From Stegostoma tigrinum (lineage: Eukaryota): DNA of 64,000 nt. Under the pieces are notes generated by a model that searched no databases, was not told the DNA's origin, and worked only from the letters and a program-made list of their open reading frames with translations. The position numbers and the translations under genes were made by a program. The DNA is taken from positions 3,527,795 through 3,591,794 of the forward strand of contig NC_081400.1 of NCBI RefSeq assembly GCF_030684315.1, read 5' to 3'. This document shows positions 12,731-24,792 of this stretch, in pieces (the stretch's first letter is position 1; each line of letters begins with the position of its first letter).

Positions 12731-13293
12731 ATATATAATTTTTCACCCGTTAAATGCTGGTTGGTTTTGTTTCAAACCTGCCAGCAATGTCTCTTTAATT
12801 GCAGGTACCTTGACTGTTCCTGTCCTCATTCAGAATCCAATGTTTGACCCCATCTCCACCGGCCAGACTGCCCAGTTGAAGTATTCAGTGCAGAAGGGTA
12901 CTGTGGGTAGCTCAGCTGTGAGTTGGTACTGACAGAGACCTGGAGAAATCCCGATCTGGGTCATTGAGCACGCTACCAGTGGCGTAATATACAGAGCCAT
13001 CGCCTTCACTTACCGTTTCCTACCTTCTCGTAACTCTTCCAGTAACATTTATTCATCGCCATCAAAAACCTGGTCTCCAGTGACCCGCCCATTGAAGTCA
13101 AACTTGTGTCGTGGAGAATGTTCAGGAGACATAGAGAGTTCTTCAAGAAAGTAATCCTTTTATTTGCAAACAAAGGCTGTGACAATCAGAAAGTGGTTTT
13201 CTGATCGCCCCCGATCCTCGGGGCTTGTGATCCTTTATACATTTTCAGTTATCATGCTCTTTCTCAGGTTGCCAGCATGCCCATTGATGTCAG

Positions 13294-13422
13294 AGATAAT
13301 GGGAACTGCAGATGCTGGAGATTCCAAGATAATAAAATGTGAGGCTGGATGAACACAGCAGGCCAAGCAGCATCTCAGGAGCACAAAAGCTGACGTTTCG
13401 GGCCTAGACCCTTCATCAGAGA
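13294..13422 (-). mobile_element. Short Penelope-pLTR-derived insertion with a 15-bp TSD
   Basis: gcccattgatgtcag duplicated at 13279-13293 and 13423-13437. Confidence 0.85.
13388..13421 (-). ncRNA. Minimal type I hammerhead ribozyme motif
   Basis: CUGAUGA-a-GGGU(CUAG)GCCC-GAAA-CGUC-ag, with a palindromic ACGU helix III of the kind known in Penelope-like elements. Confidence 0.7.
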
Positions 13423-13949
13423 GCCCATTGATGTCAGTAGGAATTATCTTTCTACACTTAGGCAGTAAGTCAATGCTGTTAGTTTATGTTATCTTTCTGT
13501 TTCTGCCACTGTGGCTTTTCTTCTTCAAACTAAGCTATTGATTATTTATTACTACATCTGCCACAATGGTCTCTTCTACTCCAAACTTAATCTATAAGAT
13601 AGCGATTATTACTACATCTGCCACAATGGCCCTTCGCCTCGGGTTGACCCCATTACATCATGCTAGTCCTTGCCTCGGGTTGGCCCCAGTACATCATGCT
13701 AGTCCTTGCTTCTATGTTACATGTTTTAATTAACCTAATTAAGCTGCCGTTAATAGCTAGCCTAGTTATACTACCATTGTTCAATACTCCACTGACCTAT
13801 GCTCAAACACCTCATTCTATTAAGGTACAGTATTTCATTGATTATTGCAACATTTCATAATTCAGTATATCATCCTACTGATCACTGTAAGATTTAGCCA
13901 ATAGTCTGCCCCTATATTTTTATTTACCGTCAATAGCTCAGCTAGTTAT

Positions 13950-13977
13950 CTCGGTGAGACAGGCCACTAGAATAACT
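13950..13977 (+). promoter_or_regulatory. Degenerate 12-bp-spacer recombination signal sequence (RSS) of V2
   Basis: ctcggtg / agacaggccact (12 nt) / agaataact directly after the V end; same layout after V3. Confidence 0.8.
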
Positions 13978-14311
13978 CATTGTGCGGAACCGCTCCAAAT
14001 TGCAACAGCATCTGAAACACCAGCAGCTGAGAGCATGTCGCCACCTCCAGAAATATGCCACACTACAATTTCCTGCGGAGCCGAGTCAAATTTTCAGGGA
14101 TGTTTTGTCAGATATCCAGACATGTTAGACTCAAAATCAAACTCTGCGTTGTCAGTGCTGTCAGAGATGGGAGGGATTTGAGAATCTCTCTCTAGTCTGT
14201 GGATCGGTCAGACTCACAGGCCCTCCCTCCAAGAAAGACAGCATGTAGGAAAGGACAGATTACCCATATTTATTCCTCTCCCCCAGCCCCGCCCATCCAG
14301 CTTTAGGCTCG

Positions 14312-14350
14312 ATATTTTGGTGAGCCGTGCCATTGTAATGTCTTTCTGTG
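14312..14350 (-). promoter_or_regulatory. Degenerate 22/23-bp-spacer RSS of J2
   Basis: Plus strand atattttgg / 23 nt / ttctgtg abutting the J segment (consensus ggtttttgt / cactgtg). Confidence 0.65.
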
Positions 14351-14388
14351 ATTCATCTTCGGAGGTGGAAACGCCATGATTGTTTACA
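14351..14388 (+). pseudogene. Ig light chain cluster 2 unrearranged J segment
   Basis: FIFGGGNAMIVY followed by donor GTAAGT at 14389; 38 nt, same length as the J part of cluster 1. Confidence 0.9.
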
Positions 14389-14405
14389 GTAAGTGAATTT
14401 GTTTC

Positions 14406-14447
<42 letters not shown>

Positions 14448-14539
14448 CTATCTCTCATTCAGATTAGTTCAATTATTTCAGTCGTTCTTCAGATTTTGCC
14501 AAATCACGATTGAACACATTTTTCAACAAATCCAATTCA

Positions 14540-16620
14540 TACACTCAGGTCTTGGTGTTATTTTAATAATTCACTCACTCACTCACTCACCCACTCATTC
14601 ACTCATTCATTCACTCACTCACCCACTCATTCACTCACGCATTCACTCACTCACGCAGGTCAGAGTATGATTTATGTTAATTCTCTCTCANNNNNNNNNN
14701 NNNNNNNNNNNNNNNNNNNNNNNNNNNNNNNNNNNNNNNNNNNNNNNNNNNNNNNNNNNNNNNNNNNNNNNNNNNNNNNNNNNNNNNNNNNNNNNNNNNN
14801 NNNNNNNNNNNNNNNNNNNNNNNNAGACACACACAAATCTGTGTTATTTACATTAATAATTCTCTCACACCGACACAGGTCAGGTAGAATATGTCAGTAA
14901 TTCACTCTCACACATGCAGGTCAGTGTTCTTTTAATCATTCTGTCTCTCACAGAGACTCTTGGGTGAGAGTGTTATTTACATCAATTATTTTCTCTCCTT
15001 TCCCCTCTATCTCCTTCACACAGACGTCCCTGTAACATTAATAATTGTCTCACTCGCATGAAGTCACACGGGTCAGTGTCCTTTTGCATACCTTAATAAT
15101 TCTATCTTTCTCCCTCATACACACACAGGTCAGAGATTATGACAGTAATTCCCTTTTACACAGGTCTACATATCATTAATAAATCTCTCCCTCTCTCACA
15201 GGAACGCACAGGTCAGAATGTGGTTTAAATTAATAATTTTCTGTCTCACACAAACATACATGAGTCAGAAGTTCTAATACTAGTTATCTCTCACATATAT
15301 AATCAGCATTCCTTTAATAATTTTCTCTCACACACAATCACAGTTCAGTGATGTCTTAATAATTCCCTCGCTCCCTCAAGCACAAACACACGCAAAGTAG
15401 ATTATATCAATAATTCGCTCTCACATAAACAGAGGGTTATTTTTGTGATAATCCTCTCTCTCTCTCTCTCTCTACTCCACCCTCACACACGTAGCTCCAT
15501 ATCCTATTTGTATTAATAGTTTTCCGTGACATACAAGCATAGACGGAGATTATATTAATAATTCTCTCACACATCCAGGTCAATGTTGCATTGATAATTC
15601 TCTCAAACAGAAGCAGACAGCAATTATGACAATAATTCTCTCTCACACACACAGATCAGTGTCAGATTAATAGTCGTATCTCACACAGACACATAGGTTA
15701 GAGTTTTATTTACATTAATAATTTTCGCTCTTCCGTCTCCCTCTGTCTCCTGCACACAGGTCAGTGTGCTTTTTGTATAATTCCCTCTCACAAACAAGCA
15801 CACACAAGAGATTATAACAACCGCTCCCTCTCACAGATCAGAGATACATTAATAATTCTAGCTCTCAAAAAACCACACAGATCAGACTGCTGATTATGTT
15901 AATAATTCTCCGTCTCCCTCTCTGTCGCTCACCCACAAAACACAAGTCAGGCATTGCATCACAAATATCTCTTTCACAGACAAAGATCAATGTGTTACTT
16001 ACATCAATAATCCTCTATCTTTCTCGCTTTCTCTCTCTCTCTGTCCTTCACAAATGCACACAGGTCAAAGGTTATATCAATAATTCTCTGTCACATACAG
16101 GTCAGTGTCGTATTAATACTTCTCCCTCACACGGACTCACACAACGGTCAGAGTGTTATTTATATAAACGCATTTCTCCCTCTCTCACTCTCTGCGTGTG
16201 TGCCTGTGTGTGTGTGTGAGAGAGAGTGAGAGAGAGAGAGAGGGGTCAGTGTGTTTTATACTGATAATTCACACGAACATACACAGGCCAGGTAACACAT
16301 CCATGATAATCTCTCATATATATATTAGCAAATATCTCTCTACCTCTCTCACACAGATACAAGTCAGTGCTTATATTAATAATTCTCTCTCAGGCACAGG
16401 TCGGTGTTACATTGATAACTTTCTCTTTCACAGACGCACACAGTGGCCAGTATTATTTATAGGAATAATGCTTTCTCTCTGACACTCGCGCACAGGTGTC
16501 AGATATTTAGATAAATAATTTTCTGTCTCTGTTCTGCACACACTGAGTTCGGTCATAAATATGGGTCATTCTTCCTCACAGCATAGGTCACAGAGTTGTT
16601 TTATTCATTTACATAATCCT
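14540..16620. repeat. J-C intron tandem repeat of cluster 2, with TCAC and CT microsatellites and an N gap
   Basis: Same cacacaggtcagtgttacattaataattctctct-like unit. Confidence 0.8.
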
Positions 16621-16650
16621 CTTGCTCTCTGTCTCTCTCGCCAGACACAG

Positions 16651-16966
16651 GTAGTGATCATCGGAAGCCAACTGCCCTTCTGTTCCAACCTGCCAGACAG
16701 ACGCAGTATCGGCCATTCTGTCCTGCCTGGTGAGTCGTTTTAAGCCAGGACTTCTGTGGGTACTCTAGAATGTGGGTGAGGAGGAGCTAGCCTGCGAGGT
16801 GGCCGCAACCACTGTGTTCCCAGACAGCGATCAAAGCTACAGCCTGAGCAGTCACCTGACAGTACCCAGCCACTGATTGTAAGGAAGGCTCCAGATATTC
16901 CTGCAGTGTGATGCACGGCTGACTGAACTCACCTCTCCACAAAAGCATCAGCTCCAGCGACAGTCA
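16651..16966 (+). pseudogene. Ig light chain cluster 2 CL exon, multiply disabled
   Basis: Acceptor AG at 16649-16650; SDHRKPTALLF...DQSYSLSSHL...YSCSVMHG; frameshifts and stop codons. Confidence 0.9.
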
Positions 16967-19900
16967 GCTCCGAGGCATGGTTTGTTTTTGTTTTGAAATG
17001 CAATGTCTGCAGCAATGTGTGTATTTGGTGAACAACCCGAATACTGAATGATGGCAGGAACGAGTGAAATTCTTGTTCCATTTAATGAGTGCAGATTTCC
17101 TCCTGCACATGTCCCCAACATTTTCTGTGTAAACTCTCGTTCTGTGTAGAATGGGGAACCGTCTCCTTTTATTAGCAATGGCTGTGTTGCATTTGTGACC
17201 TCTGTAAGCACAGCTCTGAATAAGTATAAAATGGTACCACGAAATGACTGTTCATCATTATTGAATACTAAAAGGGGCTTGACAGTGGATAATTCATACC
17301 TGTCACAGTATTACACAGAATTACATCAAATGATGGCATGGGAACGTACATCAATAATATTCATTTCACAATTCCCTATCGAAGTGGATTTCTTATTCCC
17401 GTCCATTTCCTGTGCAAGCGAGTCCCCCATTCTCCCACACTCCCTGTAGGTGCGGGGTACGCATTCATCCCACTGGGATCGAGAGCCCCATCCTCCCCTA
17501 CTTCGTGTGGGAGCAATTCTCATAATATCACTCCTGAGGATGGTTTCCCTGGACTCCTGACTGAATTTATGGGGACTGGGTGATGTCGATATGCTTTGGT
17601 TTTATCTTCTACAGAAATGGGATATTTGGCTCTTTTTCAAGAAAACCTCAATCAGACTTAATGTCCCTGAAGTCTCCACGTTTTAGACAGAAGTGTGCCA
17701 GTCTGGCCACTCACCTGATTAGTCTAACCTCCCAGTTCTGTCATTGATATTGTTAATGATAGGCCCTTTCTGAGTCCCTCAGTAATTCTAATAAAGTTCG
17801 GTGTGCTGAACTGGATTTTTAGTGCAGTCTTACTAACAACAGTAGGGTTAGGGTGCACTGTGTAAAACACACGCTGAGTCAGTGAAAGCACGCTGAGGGT
17901 CTTCAACAAGAAACCCGCAGAGAAGCCTCTGCATCGGCCCTTTNNNNNNNNNNNNNNNNNNNNNNNNNNNNNNNNNNNNNNNNNNNNNNNNNNNNNNNNN
18001 NNNNNNNNNNNNNNNNNNNNNNNNNNNNNNNNNNNNNNNNNNNNNNNNNNNNNNNNNNNNNNNNNNNNNNNNNNNNNNNNNNNNNNNNNNNNNNNNNNNN
18101 NNNNNNNNNNNNNNNNNNNNNNNNNNNNNNNNNNNNNNNNNNNNNNNNNNNNNNNNNNNNNNNNNNNNNNNNNNNNNNNNNNNNNNNNNNNNNNNNNNNN
18201 NNNNNNNNNNNNNNNNNNNNNNNNNNNNNNNNNNNNNNNNNNNNNNNNNNNNNNNNNNNNNNNNNNNNNNNNNNNNNNNNNNNNNNNNNNNNNNNNNNNN
18301 NNNNNNNNNNNNNNNNNNNNNNNNNNNNNNNNNNNNNNATACCGACAACAAATTATCAGTGAGACACGCCACCCCCCTTTAATCTCAGCGTCTGTTTGAT
18401 GAACATTGAGCTTTCTCTGGGGGTGGAGGGAGGTTTTTGTCTTGACCCACTTCATTCAGAATGAGCTATCTGGACTTTCTTATGGAAACTAGTGGAGGAT
18501 ACAGACAGATGCAGTTAAGGGAGACTGTTTCCCACTGGAGGGAGGGTGGCTAACCAGATTTAGGAGAGGGGGGTGTTGTCGGAAATAAGAGTTTTTTTTT
18601 TAAACCAGCCAGTCACCGTGATCTAGAACGTTGGAAGGTGGGAGCAGATTCAACAGAAACTTTCAAAAAGTGGATACGGCGAACAGTAAGGATTTGGCAT
18701 CTCAAGATGTGGTGGTTTGTGAGATATGGGATAGCCAGAATGCTTCTTCAGTCACTGTCCCAGCAAACAACAGGGCGAAGTACATCAACTCTGTGTTTTC
18801 ATTTCCTGGGTTCATATGTGCACCATCGGTGTTCACGTGGAGGCAGAGATCACGAAGAAAAACCCACACCCACCCCTCATGTCTGTGAAATGCCAAGGAT
18901 TACTCATTGCTTGTTTGAAGACATGGTTCTTCTTTCACCAGGAGTCATTTATTCATGTGATGAAAGAGGCTTTCCCAATCAAAATCTACAAGCTTTATTC
19001 TAAGCACCTGGGATCGTACTCTCACACCCCTCATCTACACATACACACATATATTTTGGACGTGGACAACTCTTCTTCTGTCTGGAGTGTGCAATGGTGT
19101 CGACAACGAGGAGGAAATTTGGGATCGAGGAGTTGCAGAAGGAGGTGCTCGACCTAAACTCATGTCTCATAACGTGTGACACACATGAGCAGCTCATTGT
19201 GCTGCTGGTCTACACCTAGCCTCACGTCTTGGATCTGGAGGTCGTCGGGGCCCAGATTCACACCTATTAAACAGCTCTGTTTTCTCCAGATCTATCCAGC
19301 GAGGAAGCTTGCAGAGTGCTGCGGGAAGACCTACAGCAGTTCAGCCCAGAGGGTGCCAGTATTCTCTTGATGCTTCTGTCACTTCTGAGCTGACCTGGCC
19401 CGAAACGTCAGCCTTTGCTCCTAAGATGCTGCTTAGCCTGCTGTGTCCATCCTGCTCCATATCTTGTTATCTCCTACGCTGCTGGTCTGCTGTGTTCATC
19501 CAGCTCTGCACCTTGTTATCTCTGACTTTTTAAATGACGTGATTGTACCAGCCTCCACCACTTCCACTGGCAACTCATTGTATAAACGCGCCACCTTCTG
19601 TGTGAAAACGTTGCCCATTAAATATTTCACCTGTCAACGTAAGTATATACCGTCTAGTTTTGGATCCCACAACCTGGGAAACAGACCTTGGCTATTCACC
19701 CTATCTATGCTCCTCATGATATTATAAACCCCTATAACTTCATCCCTCAGCCCCAATTACTTGGAGATGCACTTTCTGAAACCTGAAAGGTGACAAACCC
19801 AGAGCTGGAAAGTGAGATGAGGTCATGTAGTTCTCTCCAGCATCATTGACGTGATAGGCTGCATGCTGCCGTAACTCAGCTTTTATTATGCTTTTGTCAC

Positions 19901-20434
19901 CCCAAATCATAACCCTTGCAATTTTTCCTCCACACCCAGCCATTTCATCAACAAGCCTTACAAGGGAGGCTGGGACTTTGCCTGTAAGGTCACCTTGAAA
20001 GTGATCAGTAACTGCAGTTGCACCGATTACGTCAGCAGTTTTGATGAAATCGTCAATTTCTCCTGCCCGTCCGAGTCATTGATTTGTGGGACAGAAAATT
20101 TTGTGTTCTGATGCACAAGGACAGGAAGAAATGATCTACTTTCCTGATTCCTTCCCCTTGAATTACAGGGAAAATTATATATATGTATTGACTCTCTGAA
20201 TTGCCGGTCTTCCATACCACTAGGAGGCATTTACGTGGGCGTTTGCCCACTGCTAAGCTGATCTTAGAGTTCAGCTGACAACTCTGGATCTTAGATCTAG
20301 ATCTAACACTTGCAGCTGCCATCGCCTGCTGTTAGATGGAGCTATCAAGTCTTCAGGAGATGCAGATCCCAATACGTTTCCAAAGAGCAGCAGTCAACTG
20401 TTCTGCTGCTACAGCATCAACACCAATCGTCAGT

Positions 20435-21265
20435 CTGTCTCTCTCCTCTCACTGTCACTCACGTTCCTCCTCTCTTTCATGCTCTTTCTCTCCTCCACCT
20501 CTCTCTCTCGCCATCCCTCTCAGTGCACCTTCTCTCCCACTCTCCTTGCTCCCCCACATACCCCTTGCTCAATCATTCTCATTCTGTCGCACTCCATCCT
20601 CTGTTTACTCTCACTCTCTCTGATTCCACTCAGTCTCCCTCGCTCTTTTTGCTACTGTCTCATTCCTCCCCACTAATGACTCTCCTCNNNNNNNNNNNNN
20701 NNNNNNNNNNNNNNNNNNNNNNNNNNNNNNNNNNNNNNNNNNNNNNNNNNNNNNNNNNNNNNNNNNNNNNNNNNNNNNNNNNNNNNNNNNNNNNNNNNNN
20801 NNNNNNNNNNNNNNNNNNNNNNNNNNNNNNNNNNNCCATCTTATTCAGCTTGATCTCTTACTTTCCCTCTGACTCTCTTCTCTCTCGCCCTCTCACCATC
20901 TGTGTAACTCTGTTACCCTCTTTCTTTCAAACCCTCTCTCTCTCGCTCTCATACACACAACGCTCTTTCTAACACTGTCTCTTCTTCCTCCCTCACTCCT
21001 TCTGTACCCTCTCCCTTACCCAACAATTTTCACACTCCTCCTCCTTTCACTCCTTCCTTGTCTTTGTCTCATTCGTTCTCTTTCTCTATCACTCTTTCTT
21101 TGTCTCTCTATGTCTTTCTAACTGTCACCACCCGTCTCCCAGTCACTCCCTCCGTTCCCCTCTCGCACAGTCTTATTTTCACTGGCACTCAATCTCACCA
21201 TCCTAACTCAATCTTACTCCCTCCCTCTTTCTCTTCTCGCCTCATCTACTTGAGTTGTCCCTCCT
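20435..21265. repeat. CT-rich low-complexity tract containing an N gap
   Basis: Strongly pyrimidine-skewed composition. Confidence 0.85.
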
Positions 21266-21723
21266 AGGAAGCCATTACCGAAGCCACCTTTGTCCTTTCT
21301 TTTTTCCCCCATCTAGAAACTGAGGCACATTTCACCCACTCTCAGAATCAGACTTAAGTCACCTCGCTCATGTCTTGGGCTGTGTAATTATGCCTGGAAG
21401 CCCTATATGGTACTTAACGAGAGCAGAACTACTGGAGATGCCATTCAGCTGTCCCATGATAAATGTTTAATCCCAGGAACTTTCGACTGGGTGAAAAAGG
21501 ACAAAGTGGAGCCAAGATAGGGTGCATGGCATTAGCACGGCTGATGTACTTCCAAAAGTGGATGCTTCTGGTTTGACATTTGAAGCAGGAGTTGGCTCCC
21601 TAATAACATCACTAGACTAAGCAAAGCCAAAGTCCTGAAGCCTTGCTCATGTCCACACTGGTTTAAATCACACCAAATTATTAATGAATCTACTGATGAA
21701 GCATTAGAAGTTGAGGGCGTCAT

Positions 21724-22088
21724 TACAAAAATTTATAAAATCATGAGCGGCATGGATAGGGTAAACAGACAAGGTCTTTTCCCTGGAGTTTGGCAGTACA
21801 AAACTAGAAGGCATAGGTTTCAGGTGAGAGGGGAAAGATATGAAAGGGGCCTAAGGGGCAACATTTTCACACAGAAGGTGGTGCATTTATGGAATGAGCT
21901 GCCAGAGGAAGTGATGGAGACTGGTATAATCACGACATTAAAAAGGCATCTGGATGTGTATAAGAATCGGAAATATTTAGAGGGATGTGGGCCAAACAGT
22001 GGCAAATAGGACTAGATTTATGTAGGCTATCTGGTTGGTACGGAAAAGTTGGACCGAAAGATATGTTTCCATGCTGCATATCTCTACG
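21724..22088 (+). mobile_element. CR1 LINE 3' fragment
   Basis: YKIMSGMDRV..LFP..TRRHRF..FTQKVVHLWNELP plus 3' UTR. Confidence 0.85.
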
Positions 22089-23396
22089 GCGTTATTATCA
22101 ATAAATCAAGAACCTATTCTGATTCATGGTGATGGTGATATCAACCATCGATTGTTGTTAAGAAAAAAAATGTCGTCTGTGGGTTCACTAATGTGGGGAG
22201 GAAATCTGCCGTTCTTACCACAGTCGTCCTGACAACCAGAGAGATAAGAGGGAAGGTCATCTCCGATTTACTCTTCGAACACAATGACAGTCAATTAGAC
22301 ATGGGTGGAGGATGCTGGGCCCAGGTGGGGAAAGTTCCGTGAAAGAATGAAATGGAACGGGAATGTCTTCCATCAGTGGGATCTTGCTTTGCTGTCACCT
22401 TCCCTGAGCTCCATCATTTTCTGTTGGTCTTGGAGCACACCCTGCTTCTGTCTGTCTGTCTGTCTCTCTCTCTCACTCACTCTCTTTCTCTCTCTCTCTC
22501 TCTAGCCCTGTCTAGGACTGTTAACAGACAGACAGATAGATTATTTTTATATACTGAAGGCATCATGGGTGAAAGCAGGGATGTTACATTGAGGTCATAA
22601 ATAGATTGAAAGTGAGGCAGGCTCGATGGGGTGAATGGCCACCTTCTGCTCCTTGCTTTTGATCCCCGCCTTCGTTGCTGTCTGGCTGTTTCTCTACCTC
22701 AAGAATGTGAAACAGGACTGAGAAGTGGAGCTCAATGATGTTCTGTTGGCTTGTATTCATTCCCAGATGGAAGTTGTACTGCTGTTGCAAGTGATCTGTG
22801 TGTTGTGCCAACTGTGCATGGACTGATCATTTGAAGCCAAGGAGTAATTCAGCTGGCTTTTCCTGGATACTTCTTACCTGGTGGGGGCTGTACATTATCA
22901 CGACAGTGACAGCAAGGTATGTATCACCCTATCCCCTCATTACAATTTTTCTGTTTCATGTCGGTACATTCCCCTCCCCTTGGCACTATCCTTCCTTCCA
23001 AATGTAGACACTGTCTTACACTTTTCATCCCGCCTGTCACCACACAATATTCTCATGCAGCATTTAAGCGCAGGCGAGCTATTCATCTCTGAGCTCCATC
23101 ACAATGTGACCTTAATCTGCTCTCTGTCATCTCATAGCATAGTGCTATAATGGATTACAGTATGGAAACAGAACCAAATTAGCTTTTTTTCCCACCTATT
23201 CAAAACAAAATGAAATTAAAATCTTCAAAGACCCTCAAAACTGACCTCAAAGGATCCCACCCAGGCTTTTTTCAATCGCCATTTCAGACTTCATAAATAA
23301 GCAACTCTCTACACCAGTTTGTCTTCTAAACAACAAAATTAGGAATTTATTAACAATGCACAAACTTTAGTAGCGCAAGATCGAATAGCCAAGTTA

Positions 23397-23625
23397 AAAG
23401 CGAAAGAACTGCAGGTGCTGTAAGTCAGCAACAAAAACAAAGTTGCTGAAAAAGTTCAGCAGGCCTGGCAGCATCTGTGAAGGTAAAAACAGAGTTAACA
23501 GTCAGGCCCAGAGACCCTTCCTCAGAACTGCCAGTTCTGAGGAAGGGTCACCGAACCCGAAAGGTTAACTCTGTTTGTTCCTTCACAGATGCTGCCAGGC
23601 CTGCTGAGCTTTTTCAGCAACTTTG
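23397..23625. mobile_element. Palindromic Penelope-pLTR-derived element
   Basis: ~95-bp inverted arms centred near 23530; CTGAGGA...GAAAggtta core; flanking agccaagt duplication. Confidence 0.75.
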
Positions 23626-24469
23626 GACAGCCAAGTCATTGGTCTATGCTATAAACATTAAATTTAAGCCCAATTCACAGAAAAGACAGGTCTTCAAATG
23701 AATACAGTTAAGGACTAAACAATAAAAACAGTCTGGTCAGATTACTCAATCATTTTTCACAGTGCATTCTTCCACAGCCATAGGATAGTGGGTTGTTTGT
23801 CGGTTTTCCAAAGATGTCCATCACGGAGATTTTTACAATTTACTCAGATAAAGGCAATAATGTCTGTAACTTAATTTTCTATCTCCCGAACTTCCGAAAT
23901 CTGATAAGAGAGGCTAAACAGGGAATCTTCAAATCGGCATGCTGTACCATCAACAGCAAAGGTGATTTTTTTCCCCGCAGAAAACAATCTAAAACTCAAT
24001 TCATCACACCTGAAAGACTGGCCATCTCCCAGTCCAATTCTATATCAGCCATCTGCTTGAACATAACGTCTTTTCAGACTTCCTGGACCCAATTGCCAGA
24101 TGTTAACCTCACTAATAGCCGACTCCTCTTACCTGTTTAAGTATCATGTCTTCACTGGAGACGAAGAGTCTATAGAACATTTTGATCGGGAACCAAACTG
24201 CAATTAATGTCTTGGCCTAGCCTCACCAGCAAACACAGGCTTGTTTGGTGTGATTTCCTTTCAACACAAGCTGTAACCCAGAGGCCAAAAGTCATCTTTA
24301 GTTCACAGTTCACAGCTCCAAGTGAAAATTGATTTAACAAGTTGAAAATGATGAAAAATCAGTGAGTTTTCTAACAGATGGGGACTTTTTAAATGTTCCT
24401 TGAGGGCCCTCATGACATTTTTGTTCATAATTTCTGATTACAGCAAATGCCATTGGTAGTACCAAAAGC

Positions 24470-24792
24470 AGGTGAGGTATTATCGCGGGACTGTTATCCA
24501 GAAACCCACAATACTTTCTGGAGGCGTGGGTTCAAATCCCACCATGGCAAATGGTAGAATTTTAGTTCAATAAACCTCTGGAATTAAGAATCTAGTGATG
24601 AATCGACTGTCAGGAAAAACCCATCTGGTTCATTAATGTCCTTCAGGGAAGGAAACTGCCACCCTTAGTTCGTCTGGCCTACATGTGCAACCCACAGCAA
24701 TGTAGCTGACATCGAAATGCTTTCTGGGCAATTAGGGATGGGCGATAAATTCTGGCCTAACCAGCGATGCCCTTATCCTGTGAATGAATAAA
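24470..24792 (+). mobile_element. tRNA-derived SINE (Deu-domain/SacSINE-like)
   Basis: GGTTCAAATCCC B box; aaaacccatctggttcattaatgtccttcagggaaggaaactgcc core; tail tgaatgaataaa. An opposite-strand relative lies at ~37250-37600. Confidence 0.6.

Larger units (their letters stand above)
13093..13932 (-). mobile_element. Solo LTR (ERV/LTR-retrotransposon-like)
   Basis: TGA...TCA termini. On the minus strand, internal direct repeats (13545-13711) precede TATAAA (~13233-13238) and AATAAA (~13159-13164). No clean target-site duplication (TSD). Confidence 0.65.
12805..13949 (+). pseudogene. Ig light chain cluster 2 V segment, split by an LTR insertion
   Basis: AG acceptor 12803-12804; TLTVPVLIQNPMFDPIS; first Cys changed to Tyr; TGA at 12930-12932; FR3 frameshift; 3' end atagctcagctagttat resumes at 13933-13949. 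Confidence 0.9.

Noticed and set aside
12078-12932. Long ORFs across TG-rich tracts and N gaps (also 17724-18455, 20310-20972, 28208-29050)
   Set aside because: Artefacts of low complexity and unknown bases.
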